Source: Mobula hypostoma
Taxonomy: Eukaryota
Assembly (NCBI RefSeq): GCF_963921235.1
Contig: NC_086097.1
Span: 79,238,001 to 79,302,000 of the forward strand
Direction of reading: 5' to 3'
DNA: 64,000 bases
How positions within the stretch are numbered: position 1 is the first letter of the stretch; each line of letters opens with the position of its first letter. This document shows positions 39,601-49,915 of the stretch, one piece after another. The position numbers were made by a program, and so were the translations under genes. The notes under the pieces are model-generated. The model did not search any database. It saw only the letters and a program-made list of their open reading frames with translations, and was not told where the DNA came from.

Positions 39601-42600
39601 AAAAAATCTATCTTTGAGAAATTAACATGGAGCCTGAATGTTTCGTATAACAAAATTATGGTTATAAAATACTATAGTTGTACAGTTGGAGATGCATTAG
39701 CTGTCCAGAAGTTTAGTTATAATAAATTAAGCTGATGTTATCCTGGAATTTTTTTAATTTTTAAGGTTATGAATTGACTGGCTTGGCCAGAGGTGGAGAA
39801 CAACTGGCTAAATTGAAGCGGAATTATGCCAAAGCTGTGGAACTTCTGGTTGAACTGGCATCATTGCAGGTATGAGGTTGTGTAAAGCAAGAATAGATCT
39901 AATCTTGTTTTTTAAATTTAAAATGTTTGTGGTACATAACACTAAATTAGCAAAAGTACACATTACTTAGTGCACCACAAGTGTACCAAAATCCTGTTGA
40001 TGGTTATAAACATGGAAAATTTGACGAGCTAGGTTCCTGCATCAAAGATACACTGTATATTTGGCTAGATAAACTGATTTTCCCCTATGTTTGCAGCTAT
40101 TAGCAGATTAAACTTGTACTCTTTTCATTTAGACTTCATTTGTGACATTGGATGAAGCTATTAAAATCACTAATAGACGTGTAAATGCAATTGAACATGG
40201 TAAGCTATATATTTTTGCTACTGTCTTCACTATTTAAATGTTCTTAATCATCTTGTATAGTAGTCTTCCAAATATTACAAAGTAATGTTTAATAAACATT
40301 TCATTGTTAATTACATATTTGTGAATTTAAGTTGCAAAATCTTTTCAGTACCTGTGTTTTGCTTCAGTAAGGAAATAATTGCTATGTTTTTAACCTTTTT
40401 AACATACCACAAAAGTAAATTAAGTCTTGCATAGCTTCATAAATTTAATAAAATAGGTATTTCTTTTCTTTAATCTATGAAATAAGTATTACTGCTTAGG
40501 CAGTCATTTAGGTGTGAAGGATGACTATTTCCACTTGTTTTCCCAGTTGGCTAGGGAAGCAAATGTGGGCCTCTGACTTCTACAAAGAAATGGTTCTGTG
40601 GTGGATCCTTCAAAATCAGAACTGAGTACACTGTTAGACTGCACTTTAGTCTGTTGCTAGGATACAGGCATGAGTCAGAGCAAGTAGCTCAGCTTTCTGG
40701 GCGGAGACAGCTGCTGCAAAGGAGACTTGCTCAGTTACTTCACTGTCATCACTTATTGCATAGCCAGAATATTGTTTTCCTGCTGGATCCACAAAAGAGC
40801 TTCCATCCTCATAAAATGTTGCCTCGGGCTTGAGGGGGTATTGTGGAGGGGATGGGAGAGTCTGTCCTTCTTTCACGGTGATCTGACGGGTGGGGGGGGG
40901 CTGCAGTTGGTGCGACCGACTTCATGGCCTGAAATTGCCCAGAGATGTGGTACAACGTCTTGGGTTCGGTCAATATTAAAAGAGTGTCTTACCACAGCGG
41001 TCCCCAACCACCGGGTCGCGGACCGGTACCGGGCCACAAAGCATGCGCTACTGGGCCGCAGCGAAACGATATGACTTAGCTATATGAGTCGGCTGCACCT
41101 TTCCTCATTCCCTGTCACGCCATTACGCACACGTCATCCATGTCAGCGCGGGAAGGAGATCAACTCCTCCAGCTTGCACTGAAAAGTGTGTTTGACATAA
41201 CATCTCTGCCGGCATTCTGGATCAAAGTCAAGGCTGAATATCCTGAGATAGCTTACAGAAGCACTGAAAACATTGCTTTCATTTCCAACATATCTCTGCG
41301 ATGAATGTAACAAAAACTAAATTGTGGAATAGACTGGACATAGGGAACTCCCTTCGAGTATCGCTGTCTCCCATCACCCCTCAATAGGACCGTCTTGTTG
41401 CTGGGAAACAAGTATTCAGCCCAGGGCTCCCACTGATTCAGCGATATTGGTGCGTTGCAATGATTTTATATGTTCATACGAGGAAACTATGCGCTGTATG
41501 TTTAATATCCAAATGTTACTTAAAATGTTATGATGCTATTATAAGTGACTTATATAACCATATAACAATTACAGCACGGAAATAGGCGATCTCGGCCCTT
41601 CTAGTCCATGCCGAAAGCTACTCTCACCTAGTCTCACCGACCTGCACTCAGCCCATAACCCTCCATTCCTTTCCTGTCCATATACCCATCCAATTTAACT
41701 TTAAATGATAATATCGAACCTGCCTCTACCACTTCTACTGGAAGTTCTTTCAACACATACTTCAAGCTCCCCGTCCTCTCTGATGATTGACATCAATATA
41801 CTCATGCGAGGAAAATGAGCACTGTGTGTTTAATATTAAATTCGTTAGATAAACCCTTTCAGAAAAGAAATTGAGTGTATTAGCCACTTATTACCAATAT
41901 TCCGGTCGTGATTAACACCCCGCCCCCCCCACCCCCGAACAGAATCGCCAAAAACGGTTTGCAGAGAATGATGTCGGCAGGTACACGCATGCGCAGGTCA
42001 TGCATGCGCACTGCGCAAGGCTTCATGGTCATTGTAGTCTTTCTCAGGGCAAACACTACTCTTGTCCGTTGGCAACCCTACCCGTGGCCCCCCCCCCCCC
42101 GGTCCGCAAGAATATTGGCAATCTTAAGCCGGTCCGCAGCGCAAAAAAGGTTGGGGACTCGTCTTACCAGATGTCCCATCTTCACCTTTGACTCCTTCCA
42201 GTATCGGAGTTGGCCCGCCACCAAGTCTTGCCAGTCTCCCTCGGTGCTGGAGGTTTGTTTCGTCAGGGTGTAGGTAAGGAACCCAGGGCAAAGCCTAACG
42301 GTGGTATGGGGAACCACCAGTCCTGTCTGTCGCCAAAGGAAACCCAGAACTTTGGCCAGTAATGCACTGCCCTCTCTTCCTTTAACCTCTCCAATCACCG
42401 TGAGTGGGAACTTCTGTCCCTCGAGGGGTGCATAATACTGGTTTTCCTCAGTTGAGTACGAGGGTCTGCCTCTGCCAGAAGGGGTTCAAATGTAGTGGAG
42501 TCCAAATTAAGTGTCCACCACTGGGGGGGTTGGTTGTTCGTTAGTCCCAGGGTGATGCCCTTGTCCGTGCATAGAAACTCGACTTCCAACGGACAGAGCA

Positions 42601-45600
42601 AGTCTCACTCTGCTAGATTACACCCCAGACTGATGGTGACTGTAAAGGAAACCTCACACTGGGTCCCTGGATTTCCACCTGCAGTGGCTGGGTATGTGAA
42701 TATGTACGTTCCGTGCCTTCAAACCCAGAGTGATTGTAGCGTCGCACAGCCAGTATCCCTTTTCCTATACCATCATAAATGGAATTAGAATTGCATAATC
42801 TTGCAATATTATATTGGGCTCTTCCTGAGGGGTGGTACTCACGGTAGGAAGCATCCTTGCTTGTCAATCTTTCATCAGGTTGTTGTCCCCACCTGTCCCT
42901 TGGTAGGTTTTTGTTCCCATTTCTGCTTCCCAGATATAGCCCTCTCGCATCCTTCTTCCTGCTGAACATATTCACCTTTAATGTTAGTTCCCTTCAGGGT
43001 TGATCGGAATTTGAAAGCTAGGTCCCAGTAATATGTTAAAGCTTGTCGCATTCGATTTCGGTTATTGTCAGGCTAATCCATATTATTAGTTTTAATCCTG
43101 TTAGCTAACTTAGTTGGTAAGCACTTGAGCAGTAGGGCATTAAACTGGGGGAACGGATTCCCATTATTAAAGGCTTGGTCTCCTACGAAAGTCCCAGGCT
43201 CAGGTTTGCATTCAAGTACTTTAGTGATACTTAGAGGTTGTTAGAGAGCCTTCCCCAAGGCTTGAATAATCCGGTCTGTTTGTTCATTCTCATTGTGGAT
43301 TCCCACCTGTGACTCCTGATAGGTTTGATATCTTAATTCTGCCTTCCATTTCCGCCCCTCATCAGATGAGAGAACAGTGCAGCAAAGATCAAATAAATCT
43401 TGTGGGGTCGCATTATACATTTGTATAGTACTGCGGACATACTAAACAAACTGTGCTGGTTCTTTTCTATCGGGGGCCTGATTCATGATCGTTACCATCT
43501 CTTGAGGCTTCCAGAGTTCATACAAGAGTTACGGAGGGATGTCCTCCTCGGCTGCTCGTGGACTGGGCAGCATTTGGGTAGGCAATTGTCTCTGTGGAGC
43601 CCTTAACTCTGGGGTTTTATTGGATTCTTCCCTTCCCTGCCGCTGCTGTTCTACCCGAGCGGCCACTGTATCCGAGTACTGGGAGGATTGGGGTTCGGAA
43701 GCACTGGGTGCACTCGATCTCTGGTAAGGTGGGGGATAAGGTGGGTGCCCAATCCTCATCGCGGTCACTGTCCTTAAACAGGGTCGGTATGCCAGATATG
43801 GGTTCGGGATCCCATATTGGCCCTAGATCTTCACACGCGGCATGGCCAATTTTAAACCTTCCTGTCTGTCTTTTCTGCTGTTGCCTGTGTTCTTTGTTTC
43901 TCGTTCTTGCTTTCTTCTCCCTTCTACCCATTAGCACTCTGCCTGCAGTGTCTCCCAACTCTTGGGAGTTCTTTCTGCCGTACATACCTCTATCCCTTTA
44001 TCACATGTATTATTCCTCCAGCTGGCCAGTAGGGTACCATTCCATTTAGTGTAGGCTGTACCTTTCCATTCTTTAATCAATAATTTCCACTTTTTACCGG
44101 AATTCTTTTCCCAAATTAAATTTACTGCTTGTTTCCCCTGGTGGCCACGCTGTTTTCCTAGTTTCTTTGTTGGCGCTGCACTTAACATCCGGAGGTCCTT
44201 TTCTTATCCGGTATTTGTTCACACACAGCTGTATCAAGGGCCTGTCCCATTATTTCCCTTATCAGTTGTTCTTATTTATCAAGTCAAGTGTATAGCACAT
44301 TTAAAAACAACCCACGTTGACCAAAGTGTTGTACAAAGTAAAGCAAGTAGCCAAATACACGAAACACAGACAACGAGGCAAACAGCTTATAGACACAAAA
44401 TACACAACACAAGGGCCTAGGCACAAGCCACTGGGTGAGAAATTTAGCCAGCCAGCCTGCCTCCCCCTTAATCAATTTCAACCGGCCATATTATCAGGAG
44501 GCAGCTGATGTGGTCAAATCAGTCAGGTAGCGCTGGCCGCCTCTCCTGACCGGAGTCCCCAGTCCGACTCTTTCCCTAATGTCACCCTCAGCATTTAATT
44601 CTCACAAAAACTGCTAGCCTGTTTTCAATTAATACTCGCAAAAAAAAACAACTCTCACATACTCTGGAGGCCTTTCCTCCTTTATCCTGAACTTGTCTCA
44701 TTAAATTTCAACCAGCCATATTTCTGCTGCCAAGGTGAGAATTTTACCGGGCTGCCAGTCTCGTATTTTTTTTACAAATTTCAACCGGCCATATCTTGAG
44801 ACATGTGCAACCCCTTTTCCGAATCATCAAATTTCAACTGGCCATATCCTGTCACCCGCAGCAATGTAAGAGAGACAACTGCTTACCTTAAATTCTGTAT
44901 CCAAACGGGTTGTCTGATCCTGTCAAGGTACCAGTCCCAATGGGCGAGGGGCAAAAATGTTCAGTCGGACACAAGGAGTAGCCAGAGGTAAACTATCTCA
45001 GGGCACCCAGCTACTCATTTGTGTTCGTTTCAAGCCCCCTGTCACTTACTCAGCCCAGAGAGACATTCCCTATGTTGGGATCCGAGTCACAGCACCAAAC
45101 GTAAATGTAAATTTGCTGGATCAAATAACAACAGCACAAAAAGATCATTACTTATCTCCTCACCCGGCAAGTGAACTTGGACCCAACATCTCATCTCTCC
45201 AACAGTTCAACAAGTTCACTGTCTGATGTCAGAATTGTTAGAAGTGATAAGGCCACTGATACAAAAGAACAATCAGTTTGATAGACACTCCAGGCACCTT
45301 AATTAAAGAAAGGAATGTCCTACCTGGTTTGTTGGAGCCACAACTTAATTACAAAGATAAGAACATACATCAAATTTATGCTTTAATTGATAAAGGAATG
45401 TCCTGTCTAATTTCCATCAGGTACTGCCTTTTGTCAAAGTCAAAAGGTGTGAAAAGCCAGGAGCCATGTGGATCTGGGTGAACTTTAACTCTTATCTTGC
45501 TCCAAAGAAAGCAACTGTGAGACACTATTCAAACACACTGCAGTCACAGACATAGTCAGTACTCAACTCATTGTTTACAGGAATCTGAGAATCCCTCATT

Positions 45601-47339
45601 CCCATAAACTTTATCAGGGAGGCTTGTACCATGATGGAGCTGTAATTGTCTGCAGCCTCTTGAGATCCTGTCCATTGGAACCTCCATATCAGGTGATGAT
45701 GCAACCAGTCAGAATGCTATCCGTGGTACATCTTGTAGATTAGTACTGATGTTGAATGCTGAGGTAATAAATAAACTGCAGCCTGATATGGGAATTGCTA
45801 TTGTCCATGTGATCCAAGGCAGAAGTAAAGCCAGTGAGATAATATCATCCAGCAGGCAGCGCGGCATGGCAACAGCGGCCTTTCGGATCTGGTGCTACTT
45901 TAATTTAGTTTTTAAATTTGATTTTAAGGCACAATTATGGTTTAGGGCAATGGATAACAGAGCAACTATCTACCATCGTCAGATACTGCTACAATACAGA
46001 GATCGCCCAAAAACAAACCTTCATGAAGATCTGCTGGTTAAGTTGCGTGACCTCGGCTTGTTGAGGGAATCGGGCCTGCAGTCCTCGGAGTTGCCTGATG
46101 CTGGTGGCCAGAGGTGGGGACGTTGTAAGCGGTGTGCGAGGAAGCGGAAGCAAGGTGAGCGGGTGGGAGTCCGTGTCAGGTAAAAAGTAAGCCCTAGCCG
46201 GCCGGCTCCCCCGTCCATGCTGCTCTCCAATGGACATTAAATTGGACTGCATCCGACTTCAATGAAATACTCGGCGGGAGTACAGAAACGGATGGAATCC
46301 CGGACTCAGCTATCTATTTATGTAACAGTCTTTTCCCCCAAGTCATCGGACTACCAACCTACTGCCCTCTGCTGTGCCTATTGTCTTGTTTATTATTTAT
46401 TGTAATGCCTGCACTGTTCTGTGTACTTTATGCAGTCCTGGGTAGGTCTGTAGTCTAGTGTAGTTTTTGTGTTGTTTTACGTAGTTCAGTGTAGTTTTTG
46501 ATGTTTTTGTATTGTTTCATGTAGCACCATGGTCCTGAAAAAAGTTGTCTTGTTTTTACTGTGTACTGTACCAGCAGTTATGGTCAAAATGACAATTAAA
46601 AAGTGACTTGACTTGACTTGATCTGTGGTAGATATGTTGTGGCAGTAAACAGATTGGAACAGGTCCAGGTCCTTGTTCAGGTAGGAATTAATTCTAGCTA
46701 TGACCAACTTCCTAAAGCACTTCATCACAGCAGATGTGAGTGCTACCAGGCAATAGCTGTTTAGGCAGTGACTAGAAAGAAATGGACAAGTGGAAATTGT
46801 ACAGTAATTTTTAACACACTTCTGCTATTAAGTCTGCAATAATGTTAAAGTTAAGACTGGTAGGTGTCAAAAGTGAACATAGAAAACAAGTTTGCATTCA
46901 CAGAACAATTGAACAAACAATGATCAAATACCGTCCATATACTAAACAACTACTCACTGTTCTATTTTACTTCAGTGATAATTCCTCGTATTGAACGCAC
47001 TTTGTCTTATATCATTACTGAGTTGGATGAAAGAGAAAGGGAGGAGTTCTACAGGTAAGTGGTGTGATTTTGTTCTTTGCACTACCTGTTGGTTTTGTTA
47101 CTAGGTTAAGCATCCCAGAGTGCTGTTTTGTGTATTTTAAGAAAAATCTAAGGATTGAGATATTATTGAATGCATTAAGCAATGTCCACTTTATGTGCAG
47201 ATTGAAAAAGATCCAGGAAAAGAAAAAACAGTTGAAGGAAAAGAGAGAAAAAGAACAGGAAGGTCGTAGACTAAACCATGATAATGTACCAGCCAACCTG
47301 CTTGAAGATGAAAAGGATGAGGACCTGCTCTTTGACTAA
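9571..47339 (+). CDS. ATP6V1D: V-type proton ATPase subunit D, complete spliced CDS: join(9571..9611,18455..18572,18844..18923,19219..19286,24867..24911,39766..39869,40133..40199,46976..47054,47201..47339); 741 nt, 246 aa
   Basis: The manually spliced exons give [46 protein letters not shown]...[11 protein letters not shown], recognisable as V-ATPase subunit D. All eight introns are GT-AG with compatible phases. Confidence 0.97.
11322..15217 (-). mobile_element. Near full-length CR1 LINE (partial ORF1 plus APE-RT ORF2, disrupted) in ATP6V1D intron 1
   Basis: ORF fragments from 11472 to 15158 with [21 protein letters not shown] and ITETW; CR1 3' tail at ~11322; ~86-bp nested insert at 14966-15051. 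Confidence 0.93.
15308..15553. mobile_element. Penelope-derived palindromic insert with degenerate hammerhead-like motifs
   Basis: Inverted arms acacacacaaaatgctggaggaa / ttcctccagcattttatgtgtgt; CTGATGA-agggtctcagccc at 15458. Confidence 0.7.
16088..16282 (-). mobile_element. tRNA-derived SINE with (TTC)n tail nested in the Penelope element
   Basis: A-box-like ggtggcgcgataa and B-box-like gaattcgaaccc; exact 16-bp TSD ggacatattagaatgg at 16072-16087 and 16283-16298. Confidence 0.82.
17008..17396 (+). repeat. Unclassified insert with (TGACC)n tail, nested in the Penelope RT
   Basis: Interrupts the Penelope sequence gggtttgtag(c)ag|tatcagtgga; GC-rich; ends tgacctgacct. Confidence 0.5.
17880..18250 (-). 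repeat. Old CR1 3' fragment
   Basis: [11 protein letters not shown] remnant in ORF 17898..18083. Confidence 0.55.
18455..18572 (+). CDS. ATP6V1D: ATP6V1D exon 2 ([39 protein letters not shown])
   Basis: Pyrimidine tract plus CAG acceptor, GT donor at 18573; peptide appears in ORF 18375..18608. Confidence 0.96.
18844..18923 (+). CDS. ATP6V1D: ATP6V1D exon 3 ([27 protein letters not shown])
   Basis: ttcttccag acceptor, GTGAGA donor, conserved peptide. Confidence 0.96.
19219..19286 (+). CDS. ATP6V1D: ATP6V1D exon 4 ([23 protein letters not shown])
   Basis: ttcag acceptor, GTATGT donor, conserved peptide. Confidence 0.96.
20665..20990 (+). repeat. Degenerate tRNA-derived (V-SINE-like) element
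   Basis: cagctccagagatctgggtttaaatctg head plus ctgtgtgaattcttcctgtg core; related remnants at ~5550-5750 and ~10250-10440. Confidence 0.45.
21680..24130 (+). mobile_element. Old, heavily mutated CR1 LINE (ORF1 remnant to 3' end)
   Basis: [14 protein letters not shown] and GVPQG remnants; CR1 3' end ctgtgctatatgactc. Confidence 0.8.
24867..24911 (+). CDS. ATP6V1D: ATP6V1D exon 5 ([15 protein letters not shown])
   Basis: taatag acceptor, GTAAGT donor, 45 nt, conserved peptide. Confidence 0.95.
25200..28100 (+). mobile_element. Cluster of old CR1 fragments (ORF1 remnant, APE remnants, 3' RT end)
   Basis: ORFs 26217, 27005 and 27523 ([24 protein letters not shown]); tail ctcctatgtcttatgg. Confidence 0.75.
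28313..30474 (+). mobile_element. Relatively young 5'-truncated CR1 (492-aa RT ORF 28666..30144) inserted in an older CR1
   Basis: Complete RT motifs (QQGF, DFSKAFD, GVPQGS, YADD); 8-bp flanking repeat aggttaaa at 28287 and 30475. Confidence 0.92.
30483..33400. repeat. Mosaic of old CR1 and Rex1-type fragments
   Basis: CR1 remnants at 30483-31100, 32040-32400 and 32700-33400; Rex 3' fragment (ESILTGCI) at 31120-31600; inverted tail attagattagattag at ~31630. Confidence 0.6.
34242..38141 (-). mobile_element. Young CR1 LINE (partial ORF1 esterase plus 904-aa ORF2 frameshifted near the 3' end) in ATP6V1D intron 5
   Basis: ORFs 34394..37108 and 37363..37953; 3' tail ttttctatgtttcta; near-identical to the 51145-54594 copy. 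Confidence 0.96.
38160..39280 (+). repeat. Very old CR1 ORF2 remnant
   Basis: KVDK and [12 protein letters not shown] remnants. Confidence 0.5.
39766..39869 (+). CDS. ATP6V1D: ATP6V1D exon 6 ([34 protein letters not shown])
   Basis: ttttaag acceptor, GTATGA donor, conserved peptide. Confidence 0.96.
40133..40199 (+). CDS. ATP6V1D: ATP6V1D exon 7 ([22 protein letters not shown])
   Basis: tttag acceptor, GTAAGC donor, hallmark [10 protein letters not shown] motif. Confidence 0.97.
40995..42161 (+). mobile_element. Non-autonomous hAT (Charlie-like) DNA transposon inserted in ERV pol
   Basis: TIRs cagcggtccccaacc / ggttggggac; 8-bp TSD tcttacca (40987-40994, 42162-42169); transposase C-terminal remnant [13 protein letters not shown] at ~41215; nested CR1 3' end at 41557-41750. 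Confidence 0.88.
44279..44420 (-). repeat. LINE (L2/Rex-like) 3' tail inserted in the ERV leader
   Basis: Minus strand reads tgtacaacactttggtcaacgtgggttgtttttaaatgtgctatacacttgacttga. Confidence 0.55.
45080..45097 (-). other. Retroviral primer-binding site, tRNA-His type
   Basis: TGGTGCTGTGACTCGGAT, 17/18 match to the complement of the tRNA-His 3' end (TGGTGCCGTGACTCGGAT). Confidence 0.8.
45100..45579 (-). mobile_element. Putative 5' LTR of the ERV
   Basis: Adjacent to the PBS; TGTAAA...TTTACA inverted termini (45579 and ~45106); no second LTR to confirm. Confidence 0.45.
45850..46620 (+). mobile_element. Internally deleted Rex1-like element (5' end joined to 3' tail), nested in an inverted older Rex fragment (45620-46770)
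   Basis: N-terminal [25 protein letters not shown], then a jump to the 3' region and a (GACTT)n tail. Confidence 0.65.
46976..47054 (+). CDS. ATP6V1D: ATP6V1D exon 8 ([27 protein letters not shown])
   Basis: ttcag acceptor, GTAAGT donor, hallmark LDEREREEF motif. Confidence 0.97.
47201..47339 (+). CDS. ATP6V1D: ATP6V1D exon 9, terminal coding part (LKKIQEKKK...DEDLLFD*)
   Basis: tgcag acceptor; TAA stop ending at 47339. Confidence 0.96.
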
Positions 47340-47575
47340 TCAATTGCATACCATTTATTGAAGCAGCAAGTACTGAGCTTAAAATTTAAATAGTGATGTT
47401 TATGTATGTGTTCTATTTAATAGTGTTGATTTGCAAACCTAATTGCATTAGTCAAGTGGAACCTGTTTTGCAAGTTCATAAGTTTTTATTTTATGTAAGC
47501 AAAACATCTGATTCTTGCACATTTATTGTGCTGTATGGTTATATAATTATTCACTGTTATCCTTTACAATGTGCT

Positions 47576-47581
47576 AATAAA
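47576..47581 (+). terminator. Probable ATP6V1D polyadenylation signal AATAAA
   Basis: AATAAA about 240 nt after the stop codon in an AT-rich 3' UTR. Confidence 0.55.
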
Positions 47582-48654
47582 ACACATTCCTTGCAAACTA
47601 AGTTGATTAAATGCTTTGGAAAAATCAGTGTTAAAAGGATCAAATATTTTGTATATATTTTGGTTCATGTACTTTCAAATTCTGTGAGCAATCGGCATAA
47701 AGATAATTAAAGTAATACTGAAATGTGTTTGCAGTTCTTTGAATAAGTCGTGAAATAATCACGAGGTAGATCACTTTAAAATACTACTGGTTATCTTCCT
47801 TGTTAGTAATTAAATTCTCAATTTTTAAATTATCTATGCACAGTTACTGCATACAGATAATTTCCACCCCCGAATTTGACCCAGCGTGGACACTAGAAAA
47901 GTGATGTAAAAGGAAGAGCCCACTTTTCTCTGTTGAACTACATCCATATGTTCTCATGACTATACCTCCATTAAATAACTCAAGATCCAATGCTAATCAA
48001 AAGAATGATTGTGTAGAGTAAAGGAACTAGATTCAAAGTGTTTACACATTTCAAAGTGGCCATAAACTTATAAAATTCAGTATTGGTACTTTACTTAAGA
48101 GGCAATACGGCTTTATTATCTTTACTTTGACTTGTGTCTGTTTTGTTCTTTCCAAAATGCGAATTCAATTATCACTAGGGAGGAAAACAAATTAAACATT
48201 CTGACCTTTGCACCTTTCCATATCCTCTCCGTAGAAGGAAGGAAGAGATATTATCCTGCAGTGAAGAGTTGAAAGTTAAACATCAAAACCTGTAGCACAC
48301 CAAACCAAATCTATAAATAATAAGTATTTATGCTGGTCTGAGGAAAACTGGTATCTATTTAATTGAAACGGAAGTTTGACTCCAAACTCTTACTGCTTCT
48401 TCCCTTCATCTAGCCTGTTCTCTCTCCTACTAAGCATAGCTTTCCCATAATCATATCTCCTTCCCACCTCTCTCCACTTTGAAGAAAAAAAATCGAGCAG
48501 CCATTTTCAATAGATGCTCTTATGAACAAATCTACAACATCTTAAAAAACATGATAATTGAATTGACACGAACATAGTTTGGCTATTTTAAACCAGTTAA
48601 TTCGAAATGATAAATTTGCTGTTATCTGATGATGCTCCTACTGAGTTACTGCTG

Positions 48655-49620
48655 CAGTGATAGGGAATTCCATAACTAGGAGTAAGCATGAGACTTTGTG
48701 GACACAATAGACACCCCCAGATGCTATGTTGTCTCCTACGGGCTGGGGCCATCTCAGATTGGATCTGTGACATTCTAGAGGGGGAGCGGCCAGATGTCTT
48801 GGTGCATATTGGTACCAATGACATGGGTAGGAAAAGCGAGATCCTGAAGAGGGATTTTAGGGAGCTAGGTAGAAAGATGAAGAGCAGGACCTCCAGCGTA
48901 GCAATGTCTGGATTACTGCCTGGGCCATGCACCAATGTGATTAAGAATAGGATGATTTGGCAGATGAAGGAACCCGAAGGGAGGCTGCAGAAAGTCTTGG
49001 AGAGAATAGGCAAAGAAGTAGCGGTGTCAGGACACATATGGTCATGCACTTGGCAAAAAGGAATAAAAGCAGACACTATTTTCTAAAGAGGCAGAAAATT
49101 AAAAAATCTTAGATGCAAAGGGTCTTGGGAGTCCTCATGCAGGATTCCCTAAAGATCAATTTCCAGGTTGAGTTGGTGGTGAGGAATGCAAATGCAATGT
49201 TCCCATTGATATCGAGAGGACTAGAATATAAAAGAATGTAATGCTGAGGCTTTATAAGGCGCTGGTGAGGCCTCACTTGGAGTATTGTGAGCAGTTTTAG
49301 GTCCCTTATTTAAGAAAGGATGTGCTGACATTGGGAGAGGTTCATGAGAATGATTCTGCGAATCAAAGATTTATCGTATGAGGAGTGATTGATGGCTCTG
49401 GGCCTTTACTTGCTAGAATTCAGATGAATGAGCAGATATAATTGAAACCTATCAAATGTTGAAAGGCAGCAGGTAGGGTGGATGTGGAGAGGATGTTTCC
49501 TATGCTGGGGGAGGTCTAGGACCATAGCCACAACCTCAGAATAGAGGAATGTCCATTTAGAACCGGAGTAATTTCTTTAGCCAGAGGGTAGTGAATCTGG
49601 AATCAGTTGCCACAGGCTGC
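48655..49620 (+). mobile_element. Internally deleted old CR1 (ORF1 esterase plus 3' end of ORF2)
   Basis: HIGTND in ORF 48688..49086; RPHLEYCEQF remnant. Confidence 0.75.
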
Positions 49621-49624
49621 TTAT

Positions 49625-49915
49625 TTCTCGGCAACATCAACGACAAAAAAAAAATCACTTTGAAAACACACAACTGACACTATATCAAAAACTGTTCGCT
49701 CTAAGCACTGTGTAGTGTCTAATGGCTGCACAAGTACATGTGACTGATACTAGTTAGAACCAAATCAGCAACAGTCTTGCCCCAATTAAGCGGCATAGTG
49801 TCCCAAATATGCAAAGGGAATCATGGCTGTTTTCTCAATTTGTTCTATTAAGAATTGTCAGAAATAAGTGGCTGCCCTGATTTACAAAATGCCCAATCGA
49901 TAGGAATCCACGGTA
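49625..49915. repeat. Tigger/pogo-like MITE fragment
   Basis: Terminus ggaatccacgg+TA; internal caattaagcggcatagtgtccc. Confidence 0.4.

Larger units (their letters stand above)
40640..45097 (-). mobile_element. Endogenous retrovirus (class I, epsilon-like) internal region: PBS, leader, degraded gag, protease, RT stub fused to RNase H; no integrase, env or 3' LTR seen
   Basis: RNase H FYEDGSS...[14 protein letters not shown] (40646-40820); protease DTG at 42749-42757; PPPY motif in gag; PBS at 45080-45097. Confidence 0.85.

Noticed and set aside
44440..44850. Repeat-spacer pattern resembling a CRISPR array
   Set aside because: Vertebrate DNA inside an ERV leader, with irregular spacing and no cas genes.
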